A DNA stretch of 32,000 nt from a cyanobacterium endosymbiont of Braarudosphaera bigelowii (GCF_020885515.1 NZ_AP024987.1:30001-62000), one strand, 5' to 3'; counted from the stretch's first letter, positions 11,005 to 21,801 are shown. The notes: generated by a model not told the origin, from the letters alone. Numbers and translations are program-made.

Positions 11005-11217
11005 ATGACTACTATGAACCTAACAGAAAAAGATATTTCCGCTTTAACAGAGCAGGATATAATAGCCCTTGTAGCTCGTTTAGATCAAGACGACTACAAC
11101 AATCCTTTCGAGTCTCTCGAAGACTGGCATGTATTAAGAACAATACTTTTTCAGCGCCAAGATCTGGCTGAACCTTATTTACATTTACTTGATATTGAAG
11201 CATATGATGAAGCATAA
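11005..11217 (+). CDS. Small acidic hypothetical protein (70 aa from ATG 11005)
   Basis: This is a locally GC-richer segment in which three frames are open. This frame gives a plausible helical acidic protein (MTTMNLTEKDISALTEQDIIALVARLDQDDYNNPFESLEDWHVL...). ggag lies 10 nt upstream of ATG 11005. The track start at TTG 10930 is less likely. I could not assign a family. Confidence 0.45.
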   Translation: MTTMNLTEKDISALTEQDIIALVARLDQDDYNNPFESLEDWHVLRTILFQRQDLAEPYLHLLDIEAYDEA

Positions 11218-11430
11218 GTCATATTGTCATTTCAACAACTTCCTACTAAATTAGGTAGTAGTATAACCTTTATAATTTTTCTAGTGAAAATAGCAAATCT
11301 TTATCTTGTACTAAATATATTTTATTTGATAACTAGATTTATTTTTACAAGAGCTCAAATGTAAGAGCGATCTATAAGAAAAAATATTATTTAGGTTTTT
11401 TAGTAGATCGCGTACTTAATAATTATTGAT

Positions 11431-11703
11431 CTAATCTTTTGTATCTATCAAAGAGAAAAATCCAGGAGCTTTGCCATTTGCAGTATTACTATCTTTTTGA
11501 GAAATAATTACTGCTCCAACATGATCGCTCATAACTGCAACTTTCTTTTCAGTTTGTTTTTCACAAGTAAGTTCGATTAGTTGAGGGGAAGATTTCATTG
11601 CAGCAACAATTTCCTGATATAAAATTTCTGCATCTGCAACTTCTTTTCTGTGTACAGAAATTGGAATAGGTGTGTACTTTAAGGCTAGATCAATACTAAT
11701 CAT
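11431..11703 (-). CDS. Small conserved-looking hypothetical protein (90 aa)
   Basis: ATG at 11703 is preceded by a strong SD, aaggag, 6 nt upstream. The TTG at 11718 in the track actually overlaps that SD. The product MISIDLALKYTPIPISVHRKE...LIELTCEK... has non-random composition. I cannot name the family with confidence. Confidence 0.6.
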   Translation of the reverse strand: MISIDLALKYTPIPISVHRKEVADAEILYQEIVAAMKSSPQLIELTCEKQTEKKVAVMSDHVGAVIISQKDSNTANGKAPGFFSLIDTKD

Positions 11704-12030
11704 AAATACTCCTTTCAATATATACTATGAAAAAATTATTAGTCAAAATTTTCGAACGTCCTAAATATAAGAAATATCTAGATAATTATTATTATCGTTG
11801 ACTTAATATATTAGGGTATATGTTTTACCTAAGAGTTACATATAAATTTTTTATATCAATATGAACAGATAAGAGAATAGGTGTTCTGATGTTCAGTCAT
11901 ATACATATAATAATTATAGATTAATAATTACTTGTTTTGTTTAATGTTGATTTTACTACTTCAAATATTAAAAAACGTTATATCATTCATTTAGTTCCTA
12001 AAATATAATATTAAAATTATTTAACATACT

Positions 12031-12693
12031 GTGCTATATAAACGTCACAATCGTCTAAAAGAAGTTTTAAAAAAACGTCAGCCTCATTTAACCGTTTTAA
12101 TGGAAGATATTCACAAGCCTCATAATTTATCAGCAATTATTCGTACTTGTGATGCAGTAGGCATATTAGATATTCATGTTGTTAATAAAAACGGAAACTA
12201 TCCTACATTTAGTAAAATTTCTCAAGGTAGTGATAAATGGGTATTTATAACATCGTATAACAATATTAATGATGCGATAAATACTCTAAAACATAGACAA
12301 TTTAAAATTTATGCAGCTCATTTTAGTAATATTGCAATTGATTATAGAAATGTAAACTATACAGAACCTATAGCTATTTTACTAGGTGCAGAAAAATGGG
12401 GAGTAAGCAAAGAAGCATCCCAATTAGTTGATGGACATATAACCATTCCTATGTTAGGCATGGTTCAATCTTTGAATGTTTCTGTTGCTGCTGCAGTGAT
12501 TTTATTTGAAGCTCAACGCCAAAGATTAGAGGCGAAAATGTACACTAAAATACAACTATCACCTAAAACTTATAGTAAAATCTTATTCGAATGGAGTTAT
12601 CCAAATATTTCAGAACTATATAAAAAAAATGGAAGACAATATCCAGCTTTAGAAGAAAATGGACAAATACTTGAAGGTAATGTATTAATCTAA
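12031..12693 (+). CDS. SpoU/TrmH-family RNA 2'-O-ribose methyltransferase
   Basis: SPOUT motifs are present: NLSAIIRTCDAVG, ILLGAEKWGVS and MVQSLNVSVAAAVILFE. The start is GTG. The exact RNA target is not callable. Confidence 0.85.
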   Translation: MLYKRHNRLKEVLKKRQPHLTVLMEDIHKPHNLSAIIRTCDAVGILDIHVVNKNGNYPTFSKISQGSDKWVFITSYNNINDAINTLKHRQFKIYAAHFSNIAIDYRNVNYTEPIAILLGAEKWGVSKEASQLVDGHITIPMLGMVQSLNVSVAAAVILFEAQRQRLEAKMYTKIQLSPKTYSKILFEWSYPNISELYKKNGRQYPALEENGQILEGNVLI

Positions 12694-12787
12694 AAATATT
12701 TAGTGATTAACGGGAAATATACATTAGATTTAAAGATATTTGATTACAAATAATAATCCCAGTTCAAACATTTTCAATTACATAACT

Positions 12788-14029
12788 ATGGTTAGCATAA
12801 ACGAAAATTACCTTAAGCTTAAAGCAGGATATCTTTTTCCTGAAATAACTAAAAGAGTCAATACTTTCTTAGTCGCTAATTCTAATACTGAGTTAATTAA
12901 GCTTGGTATTGGAGATGTGACTGAACCTCTTCCAGAAGCTTGTATAAAAGCTATGAAAAACGCTGTAGAAGATATGGGAGATCATAGTAAATTCAAAGGT
13001 TACGGTCCAGAGCAAGGTTATCAATGGCTAAGAGAAAAAATTGCATACTATGATTTTCAATTAAGAGGTTGTGATATTGATGCCTCAGAAATATTTATAT
13101 CAGATGGATCAAAATGTGATACAGGAAATATTCTTGATATATTTGGTAAAAATAATAAGATTGCAATTACAGATCCTGTATATCCAGTCTATGTAGACAC
13201 AAATGTAATGGCCGGTAATACAGGTCCCATAAATGTAGAAAATAATAGATATGATGATCTTATTTACCTTCCTATTAAAGCAGAGAATAACTTTGTTGCT
13301 AATATCCCTGATGTTAAGGTAGATCTGATTTATCTTTGTTTTCCGAATAATCCAACTGGCGCTGTTGCTAATAAAGAATATTTAAAATCTTGGGTTGATT
13401 ATGCACAAGCTAATAATTCAATCATTCTTTTTGATGCAGCATATGAAGCTTTTATTACAGAAGAGACTATTCCACATTCTATCTACGAGATAGAAGGGGC
13501 TAAAAATTGCGCTATAGAATTTCGTTCATTTTCTAAGAATGCTGGTTTTACAGGAACTCGTTGCGCATTTACTGTAGTACCAAAAACTTTGATCGCCAAT
13601 ACAGCAAATGGTTCTACAGTAGAACTTTGGAAAATGTGGAATCGTCGTCAATCTACTAAATTCAATGGTGTATCTTATATTATTCAAAGAGGAGCAGAAG
13701 CTGTTTATTCTGAAGAAGGAAAAATACAAGTTAATAATTTAGTAAAATTTTATCTTGAAAATGCAAGAATAATACGTAAACAGTTAAACACCACAAAATT
13801 AGACAAAGTCTATGGAGGTATTAACTCACCTTACATATGGTTAAAAACTCCAGAAAATATCTCTAGCTGGGAGTTTTTTGATGAACTGTTACGAACAGTA
13901 AATATTGTAGGAACTCCAGGATCTGGATTTGGCTCCTCAGGAGAGGGTTATTTCCGTATTTCGGCTTTTAATAGTAGGGAAAATGTTGAAGAGGCGATGA
14001 AACGTATAAAGAAACACTATAAAGTTTAA
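12788..14029 (+). CDS. dapL: LL-diaminopimelate aminotransferase (DapL pathway of lysine/peptidoglycan precursor synthesis)
   Basis: The N-terminus [17 protein letters not shown] is diagnostic of DapL. The PLP-lysine motif [13 protein letters not shown] is present, and the length is about 413 aa from ATG 12788. The track start at TTG 12740 adds 16 residues of low-complexity sequence. Confidence 0.93.
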   Translation: MVSINENYLKLKAGYLFPEITKRVNTFLVANSNTELIKLGIGDVTEPLPEACIKAMKNAVEDMGDHSKFKGYGPEQGYQWLREKIAYYDFQLRGCDIDASEIFISDGSKCDTGNILDIFGKNNKIAITDPVYPVYVDTNVMAGNTGPINVENNRYDDLIYLPIKAENNFVANIPDVKVDLIYLCFPNNPTGAVANKEYLKSWVDYAQANNSIILFDAAYEAFITEETIPHSIYEIEGAKNCAIEFRSFSKNAGFTGTRCAFTVVPKTLIANTANGSTVELWKMWNRRQSTKFNGVSYIIQRGAEAVYSEEGKIQVNNLVKFYLENARIIRKQLNTTKLDKVYGGINSPYIWLKTPENISSWEFFDELLRTVNIVGTPGSGFGSSGEGYFRISAFNSRENVEEAMKRIKKHYKV

Positions 14030-14061
14030 TTTTCAAACAAATCATATTAAGTTAAGTTACC

Positions 14062-14847
14062 TTATACTTTAAATAAGACTCGATACTTAATATAGATTCC
14101 TACCAGAATTGTCAAAAATATGCAGACAAAGCCTAGACCTAGATAATTAGGAGTCCAAAAAACCGTCTCAATCCTATTTATTTTTCCTGCTTCAAGTTTC
14201 CAGCTAATTCGTTGTTTTTCTTTGTCAAAGTTTTCGTTAAATTTATTATTTTTATGAATATTTTTAATATGCCAAGGAGTACTTAATGTAAATTCTAAAT
14301 CTAACAACGAATCTGGTCTAATCAATTTATTCCCTTTCTTAGAAAATATTTCTAAGTCGCGTAAATCAATTTCAATACTTAGGTTATTGTATTCTGCTAA
14401 TAACAAATTATGTTGTTGAATTGACATTTTTGTTTCTAAATGAGCCTTATTAAGGTCTTCACTTTCGATACCAGAAGTTACAAAGGACCTGCTAGGATTG
14501 AAAAATAAATTAAATTTTTCTACTAGATCAGTACTGCTATAAAAAGGGATAGTAAATAATAATTCATTTTCAGAAAGCTTTTTTACTTTTCCTTTTAATT
14601 TCTTTGTACGATCTTCTAAGCTATTTAACCATTTATTTATCTCAACTGGGCTAAACTTAGATAATTGTTCTGTTACGCTTACATGTTGAACAATTTCTCC
14701 ATGATGTTGACTGTAAAAGTTAACTCCAATATCATAATGAACACACCCCGAGAGAAAGATTAATAAACTAAATATGAGACAAAAAAATATAGATTTCATG
14801 TTTTTCACTTTATCTGTCTGTTTATGCGTTTTATTGCAAGAATTCAT
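14062..14847 (-). CDS. Putative lipoprotein with a C-terminal TM anchor (uncharacterised, possibly a cyanobacteria-restricted family)
   Basis: ATG 14847 is preceded by aggagg (complement of 14857-14864) with a 9-nt spacer. There is a signal peptide with lipobox LLIFLSGC and a C-terminal hydrophobic helix LGLGFVCIFLTILVGIYI. It lies 33 nt downstream of the RNase II/R gene on the same strand. Confidence 0.65.
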   Translation of the reverse strand: MNSCNKTHKQTDKVKNMKSIFFCLIFSLLIFLSGCVHYDIGVNFYSQHHGEIVQHVSVTEQLSKFSPVEINKWLNSLEDRTKKLKGKVKKLSENELLFTIPFYSSTDLVEKFNLFFNPSRSFVTSGIESEDLNKAHLETKMSIQQHNLLLAEYNNLSIEIDLRDLEIFSKKGNKLIRPDSLLDLEFTLSTPWHIKNIHKNNKFNENFDKEKQRISWKLEAGKINRIETVFWTPNYLGLGFVCIFLTILVGIYIKYRVLFKV

Positions 14848-14880
14848 ATTTATTTACTCCTCCTAAAGTATTGATTATTA

Positions 14881-17133
14881 TTAATCTTCATCCCAATCAT
14901 TGTCATTTGCAGAGCTTCCTCCTCCAACAGTAACCAAGTCAATTTGTTGTCGATAATAATCAACACTTTTTACTTCGACTTCAACCTCATCACCTAAGCG
15001 ATAAGCTATATGATTTTTACGGCCTACTAGACATCCATGACGGGAACGGTATTCGTACCAATCGTCTTTGAGAGAACTAACATGAACTAATCCTTCTACC
15101 AATAAATGTTCAATTTCAACAAAGAATCCATAAGATTGAACACCTGTAATCAGTCCCTGAAATACTTTTCCTGTTTGTTTTTTCATTTTCTCTGCTTTTT
15201 TTAATCCCTCAAGATCTTTTTCTGCATCTTCAGCAGTTTTTTCTTGATCATTAAGATGACTGACTAGAAAACGAAAATCTTCTTCTAATTCTTCCTGAAT
15301 GGTTGGAGGTAAAACATTCCACGTAATATTACCATGACACTTACTACTATAAAGATCGACCCCAATTTTTGTTTGCTTAGTTCTACGATCTCTACCCTCA
15401 CTAAAGACCAACTTTAGTATTCTTTGAATTAATAAGTCAACATATCGTTTACCTGGAGATATACAATGACTATAAGAGTCATTATATGCCAAACCAAAAT
15501 GAGGACCTGGATTACTATTATATCTGGAAGATTTTAGAGTTCCATGGAGTAAATAGTTAAGAACATTAACATGGGAAGATTTGTTTAGTAATTGAGTTAG
15601 ATTATAGTAATCTTGTGGAATAATTTCTTCATCATATTGAAGATTAAATTCAATACCTAGATTTTGAACCAACTTTAGTAAATCTTCTAACTCTTCCCAA
15701 TCAGGTTCTGGTTGAGTGCAATAAATTCCTGGTATTCCTAATGCATTAATATGAGTAGCTACAACTTTATTTGTTAAGATTAATAGTTCAGTTAATAAAG
15801 AACGAATAGGCGTTTTAGATGAAGCCATAATAGTTCCAACTCTATTTTCATCTTGGTAAGGTAATTTAGGCTCTAGCTGCAGCTCAAATCCTCCTCTTTG
15901 TAGTCTTTGGGCTTTAATTAAAGGACTCACAGTAAAAAATAAGTTTTGAAGTTTTTCAATTAAACTTTTTTGTTTATCATGAACTTTATTTGGATCTGCC
16001 AAAAGCTCTTGTGTCTTCTGATATGTTAGCTGATGATCAATATTAATAATTGTAGGTTTAATTGAAAATTCTAACAGTTGACCACTTCTATCAAAAGTCA
16101 TAATTACTGAAACTGTAAGAGAATCTTTATTTAGTTTCAGAGAATAATTTTCTATTATGAGTTCTGGTAACATAGGTAAAACTTTTTCACCTAGATAGAA
16201 TGTTGTACCACGTTTCTTAGCTATTTTATCAAGAGAGGACCCTGGTTGAATATAATGAGCTATGTCTACAATATGAACTCCTAATTGCAAGTGATTATCT
16301 TCTGTTTCCTCTAAAGTAAAAGCAGTTTCAATAAAAGGAGGGCAATCTCTAATTATATCTTCAGTAAAAGTAAAAGATGTAATATTTCTCCAGTCAGAAC
16401 GTTTTTCTAACTCTTCGTTTGCAATTTTCTTAGGTAATTGCTCGGCTAGTTTTAATTCATCTTCTGTAAAATTTTGTGGTAAATCATGTTTACAGCAAAC
16501 AATATCAGTATCTGCTGCTGCTTCCGCATCGCTACCTAAAACACGAGTGACCTTCCCAACAGGAGGATGTTCTCCAATAGGATAACGAACTACAGAAACA
16601 TGGACTAGGTGATCTACTGCTTTTTCTAAGTTATTTCCTTCTTCTGCAAGTGATAATTCAAATAGTAAGCGATCATCCAAGGGAATAGCATGATAGTTTT
16701 CATTATCTTTTTTAACTTGAGCTAATAAAGATGGGTTAGAACGTTCTAAGATAAGCTTTACTTCACCTTCTGGTGAGCGCCGACGAGTTCCTTCTTTGAT
16801 AATCTTTACTAGTACTCGATCTCCATTCCAAGCGTTACTTAAATGAGCTTCTCTTACATAGATATCTTCTTCATCTTCATCATCTTGAATTGCAAAACAA
16901 AATCCTTTACTCGAACAACGTAATTTAGCTTGAACAAGATTGTCTTCCAAAATACGACGATATTTACCTCGTTCTTTTTCTAAAATACCTATCAGTTCTA
17001 AGGTGTCAAGTATAGCTTGTAGCTGTTGTATACTTTTGTTATCTTCACACCCTAATTTTTTTTCCAAATGTTTGGCCGCCACCAATTTGTTATCACTGAA
17101 GTAGGATAAAAGTGTAGCGATTGAAAATTCCAT
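14881..17133 (-). CDS. Exoribonuclease, RNase II/RNase R family (RNB catalytic domain with C-terminal S1 domain)
   Basis: The 750-aa product has N-terminal cold-shock-like OB regions and an RNB domain (the central RNB catalytic region around LGVHIVDIAHY...RGTTFYLGEKVLPMLP). A C-terminal S1 domain follows (FQGLITGVQSYGFFVEI...GDEVEVEVKSVD). Confidence 0.92.
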   Translation of the reverse strand: MEFSIATLLSYFSDNKLVAAKHLEKKLGCEDNKSIQQLQAILDTLELIGILEKERGKYRRILEDNLVQAKLRCSSKGFCFAIQDDEDEEDIYVREAHLSNAWNGDRVLVKIIKEGTRRRSPEGEVKLILERSNPSLLAQVKKDNENYHAIPLDDRLLFELSLAEEGNNLEKAVDHLVHVSVVRYPIGEHPPVGKVTRVLGSDAEAAADTDIVCCKHDLPQNFTEDELKLAEQLPKKIANEELEKRSDWRNITSFTFTEDIIRDCPPFIETAFTLEETEDNHLQLGVHIVDIAHYIQPGSSLDKIAKKRGTTFYLGEKVLPMLPELIIENYSLKLNKDSLTVSVIMTFDRSGQLLEFSIKPTIINIDHQLTYQKTQELLADPNKVHDKQKSLIEKLQNLFFTVSPLIKAQRLQRGGFELQLEPKLPYQDENRVGTIMASSKTPIRSLLTELLILTNKVVATHINALGIPGIYCTQPEPDWEELEDLLKLVQNLGIEFNLQYDEEIIPQDYYNLTQLLNKSSHVNVLNYLLHGTLKSSRYNSNPGPHFGLAYNDSYSHCISPGKRYVDLLIQRILKLVFSEGRDRRTKQTKIGVDLYSSKCHGNITWNVLPPTIQEELEEDFRFLVSHLNDQEKTAEDAEKDLEGLKKAEKMKKQTGKVFQGLITGVQSYGFFVEIEHLLVEGLVHVSSLKDDWYEYRSRHGCLVGRKNHIAYRLGDEVEVEVKSVDYYRQQIDLVTVGGGSSANDNDWDED

Positions 17134-18110
17134 CTATAATAGTCCTTTCTAAAATGTTAAGTGAATCTAAATTAATCTAAAAAAATGAAATGATAAACAT
17201 TAAATCTAATAGTGAATAAGTATTTTGCTTAAAAACATATTCTAGTTCTAGAGATAGCTGTTTAAGCATTAAGGTCACTTTTTCTTCTATAGATTATAAA
17301 ATTGCCTTAGAAAACTGTTGATGTTGTGTTGGAGAAATATGTTTCTAAAGCAGACAAGAAATTTATTTTCATAAAGAATAGCTCTTGTTCGAAACTAAGT
17401 TTATTGAAAATTAGAAAAATTAATTAGTTAATTTACTTTTCTATATAAATATATCCGGTTTACTATTCTAACAATAGAAGTGACATTCTGAGCTCAGAAG
17501 TAAGAAAAATAAAATAGTTATTGATCACAAAGTAGTATATAACTATAAATATTTTTAGATAATTTTTTGAGTCAAAATTTCACATTATTAAAACAAAAAG
17601 TCAGTGACTGATGACTAGGAAGAGTACTATCATCTGATATATTTAGAACTCTATTATAATCAATAACAAGGTTTCTATCAAATCTTGTCTAAATATATAA
17701 ACATAGTGAAGTTCAATATTTTTTTATTAATTCAATAAAAAATCTATCATAAATAGTAAAATGTAATTTATAAATAATGCTATTTATAGTAACAATTTTT
17801 CTCTATAAAAAACTTAGAACTGTATATATATAAAGTCAAAAATTAACGTGAATTTTTTAATTTCATGCTTAGATCATTGTTATAATAACTATTATATTTG
17901 TCTTAGTTGTTTCAAACTTTATAAAATTGTTATGTATCTGCTAAGTATTCTAAAAAATTAGATTTAGTTTTTTATTTATAGTTGCTATATCGCTAAGCTT
18001 TTATGATTTCAAGCAATTTACTAATTTGATTCTTTTTACATATACAAATCTATTTAAATTGAATATTATCAATAGCGCCATTACTAATTAATCAAGTTCA
18101 CATTATATTT

Positions 18111-18153
18111 TTTAAAAGTTGATATTTAACTATGTTAAATATCAACTTTTAAA
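18111..18153. terminator. 20-bp perfect palindromic hairpin 48 nt downstream of the tilS stop; possible (bidirectional) terminator
   Basis: tttaaaagttgatatttaac (18111-18130), loop tat, then gttaaatatcaacttttaaa (18134-18153). The 13-bp core gttgatatttaac/gttaaatatcaac is flanked by tttt on either strand. Confidence 0.4.
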
Positions 18154-18200
18154 TTTACATAAAATAAAAAAGAGCTCCAATTATTATTTATAGGCTAAGA

Positions 18201-19160
18201 TTATTTTTTGATAATGTAATCACCATGAACTTCCAAAACAAATTTAATAGAAAACGAAGACGTTTGTGAACCATGAGGAGAATTGATTAGTTTTATTCCC
18301 TCTTCTATTTGCTCAAAATTTGGAGCTCGTAAATTGTTGTATTGTAGAAACATGCGAATAACTCTTCTTTGTAAAGCTAAAGGTATCCGTTTCAATAACT
18401 TTTTTTTGAGCTGCGTTTTTTCTTCATTTGTAACTAATTTTAGAATTTTCTGCGCTTCTTTTTCTAAATAATCAGATTCTGCTTTTAAAACTTTAGCTGT
18501 TTGGTACAAAGTTTTTTCGACTTGAGGATTAAAATTTAACTTTAAATAAGGTACTAGTTGTTTACGAATCCTGTTACGCACATAGTTAAAGTTGGTGTTA
18601 ACTTCATCTTCCCAAACCGGTAAGTTAAATTGTTTACAAAAAAATAGTGTTTCAGCACGAGAAATATTTAATAGAGGCCGTACTAAGTTAATTGAGTCTA
18701 CTAAAGTACGTGTCCATGTTAATACACTTAAACCATGACTTCCTGCACCTCTAATTAAATTGTATATTACTGTTTCAGCTAAATCACTTGAAGTATGACC
18801 TGTAACTATTTCGCTAAAATTATTTTCTTTTGCAATTTCCAGCAATGCTTTATAGCGCCATTCCCTCGCTACTGATTCAGTAATTTTTAATATTCGTGTC
18901 TGTTTTAAATAAAAATCAATGTTCCAATCTTTAGATATCCTTTTAACATGATCTGAAATACCTATATCGGAAGGCCAACCATGATCACAATGAGCAATAG
19001 CAATTTCCCAGTCCCACTTTAGTCGGAGATCCATGATTATTTTAAGCAAGCAGAGTGAATCTTGTCCTCCTGATACTGCAACCAATATACGTTTTCCAGG
19101 AGGAAGAATTAAGTTGTTTTGAAGGGTTTTATGTACTTTTGTATGAAGTAATGTCCACAT
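18201..19160 (-). CDS. tilS: tRNA(Ile)-lysidine synthase TilS
   Basis: The PP-loop ILVAVSGGQDSLCLL is present, and the short (about 320 aa) form is typical of cyanobacteria. The track start is TTG at 19199; I prefer the ATG at 19160 (MWTLLHTKV). Confidence 0.9.
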   Translation of the reverse strand: MWTLLHTKVHKTLQNNLILPPGKRILVAVSGGQDSLCLLKIIMDLRLKWDWEIAIAHCDHGWPSDIGISDHVKRISKDWNIDFYLKQTRILKITESVAREWRYKALLEIAKENNFSEIVTGHTSSDLAETVIYNLIRGAGSHGLSVLTWTRTLVDSINLVRPLLNISRAETLFFCKQFNLPVWEDEVNTNFNYVRNRIRKQLVPYLKLNFNPQVEKTLYQTAKVLKAESDYLEKEAQKILKLVTNEEKTQLKKKLLKRIPLALQRRVIRMFLQYNNLRAPNFEQIEEGIKLINSPHGSQTSSFSIKFVLEVHGDYIIKK

Positions 19161-19300
19161 TAAGTGTTCTGTACTCTGCTGAATAAATATATAGAACAAA
19201 CATAAAAATTATTCGATAATAATTTTCGATATTAGAAATCATACAAAATTAGCTTTTTAGACAAAAAAGATGACACCATTTCTTTAGCCAAAACTTTGTC

Positions 19301-20266
19301 CTATAAAAACCAACCATAAGAATGTAAACCATTCCCTAAAAGATTTACTCCTAGATAGCATACCCAAACCGCTATAAATCCTCCCGCTGCAAGAATTGCA
19401 GGCCTCCTGCCTTGCCAATCTTTAGTGATTCTAGCATGTAAATAAGCAGCAAATACTAGCCAAGTGATCAAAGCCCAAGTTTCTTTTGGATCCCAACTCC
19501 AATAAGAACCCCAAGCTTCATTAGCCCATACAGCTCCAGCAATTATGCCAATAGTTAATAGTGGAAAACCTAGACCGATGATTCGATAGCTAAGATTATC
19601 CAATTTATCTGCTAAGTTAAGATGTTGAGGGGAAAGGTTATTTTTTGTTATAAATGCATCATTCGTATTTAAAAGGATTTCTTTTTCATGATTTTTGGGA
19701 AATTCCTTTAACGAACTATTTCGGTAGCTTCCTGTTCCAACAGAACTGCCACGAAGACTAATATCTTGATCTCTAGTAATAATTAAAAAAGCAATAGCCA
19801 TGACGGAACCTACCATCAAAGCAGAGTAACTCAACATCATAACACTGACATGCATCATCAACCAATTCGACTTAAGAGCAGGGACGAGAGGAGATGAAAC
19901 CCTCATATCTGAAGGTAGAGATATTGTGGCAAAAGCAGTAATTGCCATAGCTATAGGTGTTGTAACAGCTCCTATTAAAGATATACCAACCATTGATTCA
20001 ACTATTAAATAAGTAGTTGTAATACCCCAAGCTAAGAAAAATAGTGATTCATACAAATTACTCAAGGGGAAATACCCTCCTTCTAGCCACCTTGCTCCCA
20101 ATAAAGTTGCTATTAATAAATTTGCTATTATTCCTCCAGTAGTTCCTAAAGTAGGAAACCATGTCAAACTAGGAAAAGCTGTTCCTATCCAGTAAATTAG
20201 CATTGTTAGTAACAAAACAAAAAACGATGCATTATCTAAAAAATTTTCTAGGATTACTAAGTCCAT
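19301..20266 (-). CDS. ccsA: Cytochrome c biogenesis protein CcsA (System II heme-handling subunit)
   Basis: The product is a polytopic membrane protein with the Trp-rich WWD motif [23 protein letters not shown] and conserved His residues. Confidence 0.93.
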   Translation of the reverse strand: MDLVILENFLDNASFFVLLLTMLIYWIGTAFPSLTWFPTLGTTGGIIANLLIATLLGARWLEGGYFPLSNLYESLFFLAWGITTTYLIVESMVGISLIGAVTTPIAMAITAFATISLPSDMRVSSPLVPALKSNWLMMHVSVMMLSYSALMVGSVMAIAFLIITRDQDISLRGSSVGTGSYRNSSLKEFPKNHEKEILLNTNDAFITKNNLSPQHLNLADKLDNLSYRIIGLGFPLLTIGIIAGAVWANEAWGSYWSWDPKETWALITWLVFAAYLHARITKDWQGRRPAILAAGGFIAVWVCYLGVNLLGNGLHSYGWFL

Positions 20267-20745
20267 AAACTATTTAATCTCCAACATCTTACTAGCTTAT
20301 TTTCCTATTTTATTGTAGATTATCAATATTTTTCTATATGGCAAAAATCTCAAGTTATTCAGCTAAATATTAATATAATTATTGATTTATACTTCCATCT
20401 TAATACATAAAACTTTAACTGAATCAATAAGAGTTTATTATTTTTTGTTTTCCTAAGACTAATGCATATGAGATATCAACATGTATTTTTTTAGACCTCA
20501 TTATAAAATTTTCTATTACCAATTATTAGTACTGGTTAAATTTTAAATCATCTAGATATGAAAAAAGCGATGTTAACACTCTTATATTTTTAAATAACTT
20601 TTAAAATATAGATTCAATCTTTTTTTAAGAATAATTTTTATCCTAAAATATAATTTGCTAGGTATTAATGTTGTCAAAAATATTGGATTTTTTAGCTTTT
20701 ATGCAAAAGTAGTATTATAGATAGTAGTCTAGAAGTGCTAAATTA

Positions 20746-21801
20746 ATGATCATCAAACGTAGCAAAAAGTCTCAGAACAGACCTGATGATACTTCTTTGA
20801 AAGAACATAAAAGAGATCCGGTAGACATTCAAAAAAAAGAAAAAGATTACTTTATAAATGATATTCGCCCAGGTTCTTTTAAAGAGTATGTTGGGCAAAA
20901 AGATTTAAAAAAGATATTAGATATTGTTATTAAAGCCGCTAAATTACGAAATGAGCCAATCGATCATTTACTTTTATATGGACCGCCTGGACTGGGTAAG
21001 ACAACTATATCTTTGATATTAGCATCAGAAATGGGAGTTGATTGCAAGATAACTTCTGCACCGTCTTTAGAAAAGCCAAAAGATATAATCGGACTTTTAG
21101 TAAAACTGAAGCCTGGAGATGTTTTATTTCTTGACGAAATTCATCGGCTCAACCATTTAGCTGAAGAATTATTGTATCTAGCAATGGAAGATTATCGTCT
21201 TGATATTACAATTGGCAAAGGACAATCAACCAAGATAAGTAGTATCTCATTGCCAAAATTTACACTAATAGGAGCTACTACAAAAATTGGCAATGTATCT
21301 TTTCCTTTACGGGATCGTTTTGGACTGGTACAGCGTCTAAAATATTATGAGTATCATGAGTTGATTTTGATTATTAAGCGTAGTGCCATAGTTTTGCAAA
21401 CTTCTATTACTCATGAGGGAGCAATTGAAATTGCTATTCGTTCTAGAGGAACTCCTAGAATTGCTAACCGATTATTAAGAAGAATTCGTGATTATATACA
21501 AGTTAAACGAATGAATCTTATTACTAAAGATTTAGCTATAGAAGCTTTAGACCTATATAAAATAGACTCCAAAGGATTAAATTGGACTGATCATTTGATC
21601 TTAGAAACTATGATCTTTCAATTTAATGGAGGCCCTGTTGGTTTAGAAGCCATTGCAGCATCTACTGGAGAAGATATCAAAACTATTGAACAGGTTTATG
21701 AACCATATTTACTACAAATTGGCTATGTAAACCGTACACCCAGGGGAAGAGTCGTTACAGAAGCAGCATATAAATATATAGAGACAATAAAGAAAGGGTA
21801 A
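20746..21801 (+). CDS. ruvB: Holliday junction branch-migration ATPase RuvB
   Basis: Walker [10 protein letters not shown], Walker [11 protein letters not shown], the sensor region TLIGATT and the arginine finger region [15 protein letters not shown] are all present. Confidence 0.96.
   Translation: MIIKRSKKSQNRPDDTSLKEHKRDPVDIQKKEKDYFINDIRPGSFKEYVGQKDLKKILDIVIKAAKLRNEPIDHLLLYGPPGLGKTTISLILASEMGVDCKITSAPSLEKPKDIIGLLVKLKPGDVLFLDEIHRLNHLAEELLYLAMEDYRLDITIGKGQSTKISSISLPKFTLIGATTKIGNVSFPLRDRFGLVQRLKYYEYHELILIIKRSAIVLQTSITHEGAIEIAIRSRGTPRIANRLLRRIRDYIQVKRMNLITKDLAIEALDLYKIDSKGLNWTDHLILETMIFQFNGGPVGLEAIAASTGEDIKTIEQVYEPYLLQIGYVNRTPRGRVVTEAAYKYIETIKKG

Noticed and set aside
10989-11215. Alternative-frame ORFs 10989..11171(+) and 11012..11215(-) overlapping the 70-aa gene
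   Set aside because: Their products are Arg/Ser-rich or otherwise implausible. The 11005..11217 frame gives the only protein-like sequence and has an upstream ggag. This is still the least certain CDS in the window.
11005-11703. Toxin-antitoxin interpretation of the two adjacent small genes
   Set aside because: The genes are convergent and separated by 213 bp, so they are not co-transcribed or overlapping. Neither product shows toxin or antitoxin (RHH, HTH, PIN, RelE-like) hallmarks.
13526-13729. 67-aa ORF (-) antisense to dapL
   Set aside because: It lies inside the strongly supported DapL frame and has no motifs.
18283-18471. 62-aa ORF (+) antisense to tilS
   Set aside because: It lies inside tilS and is low complexity.
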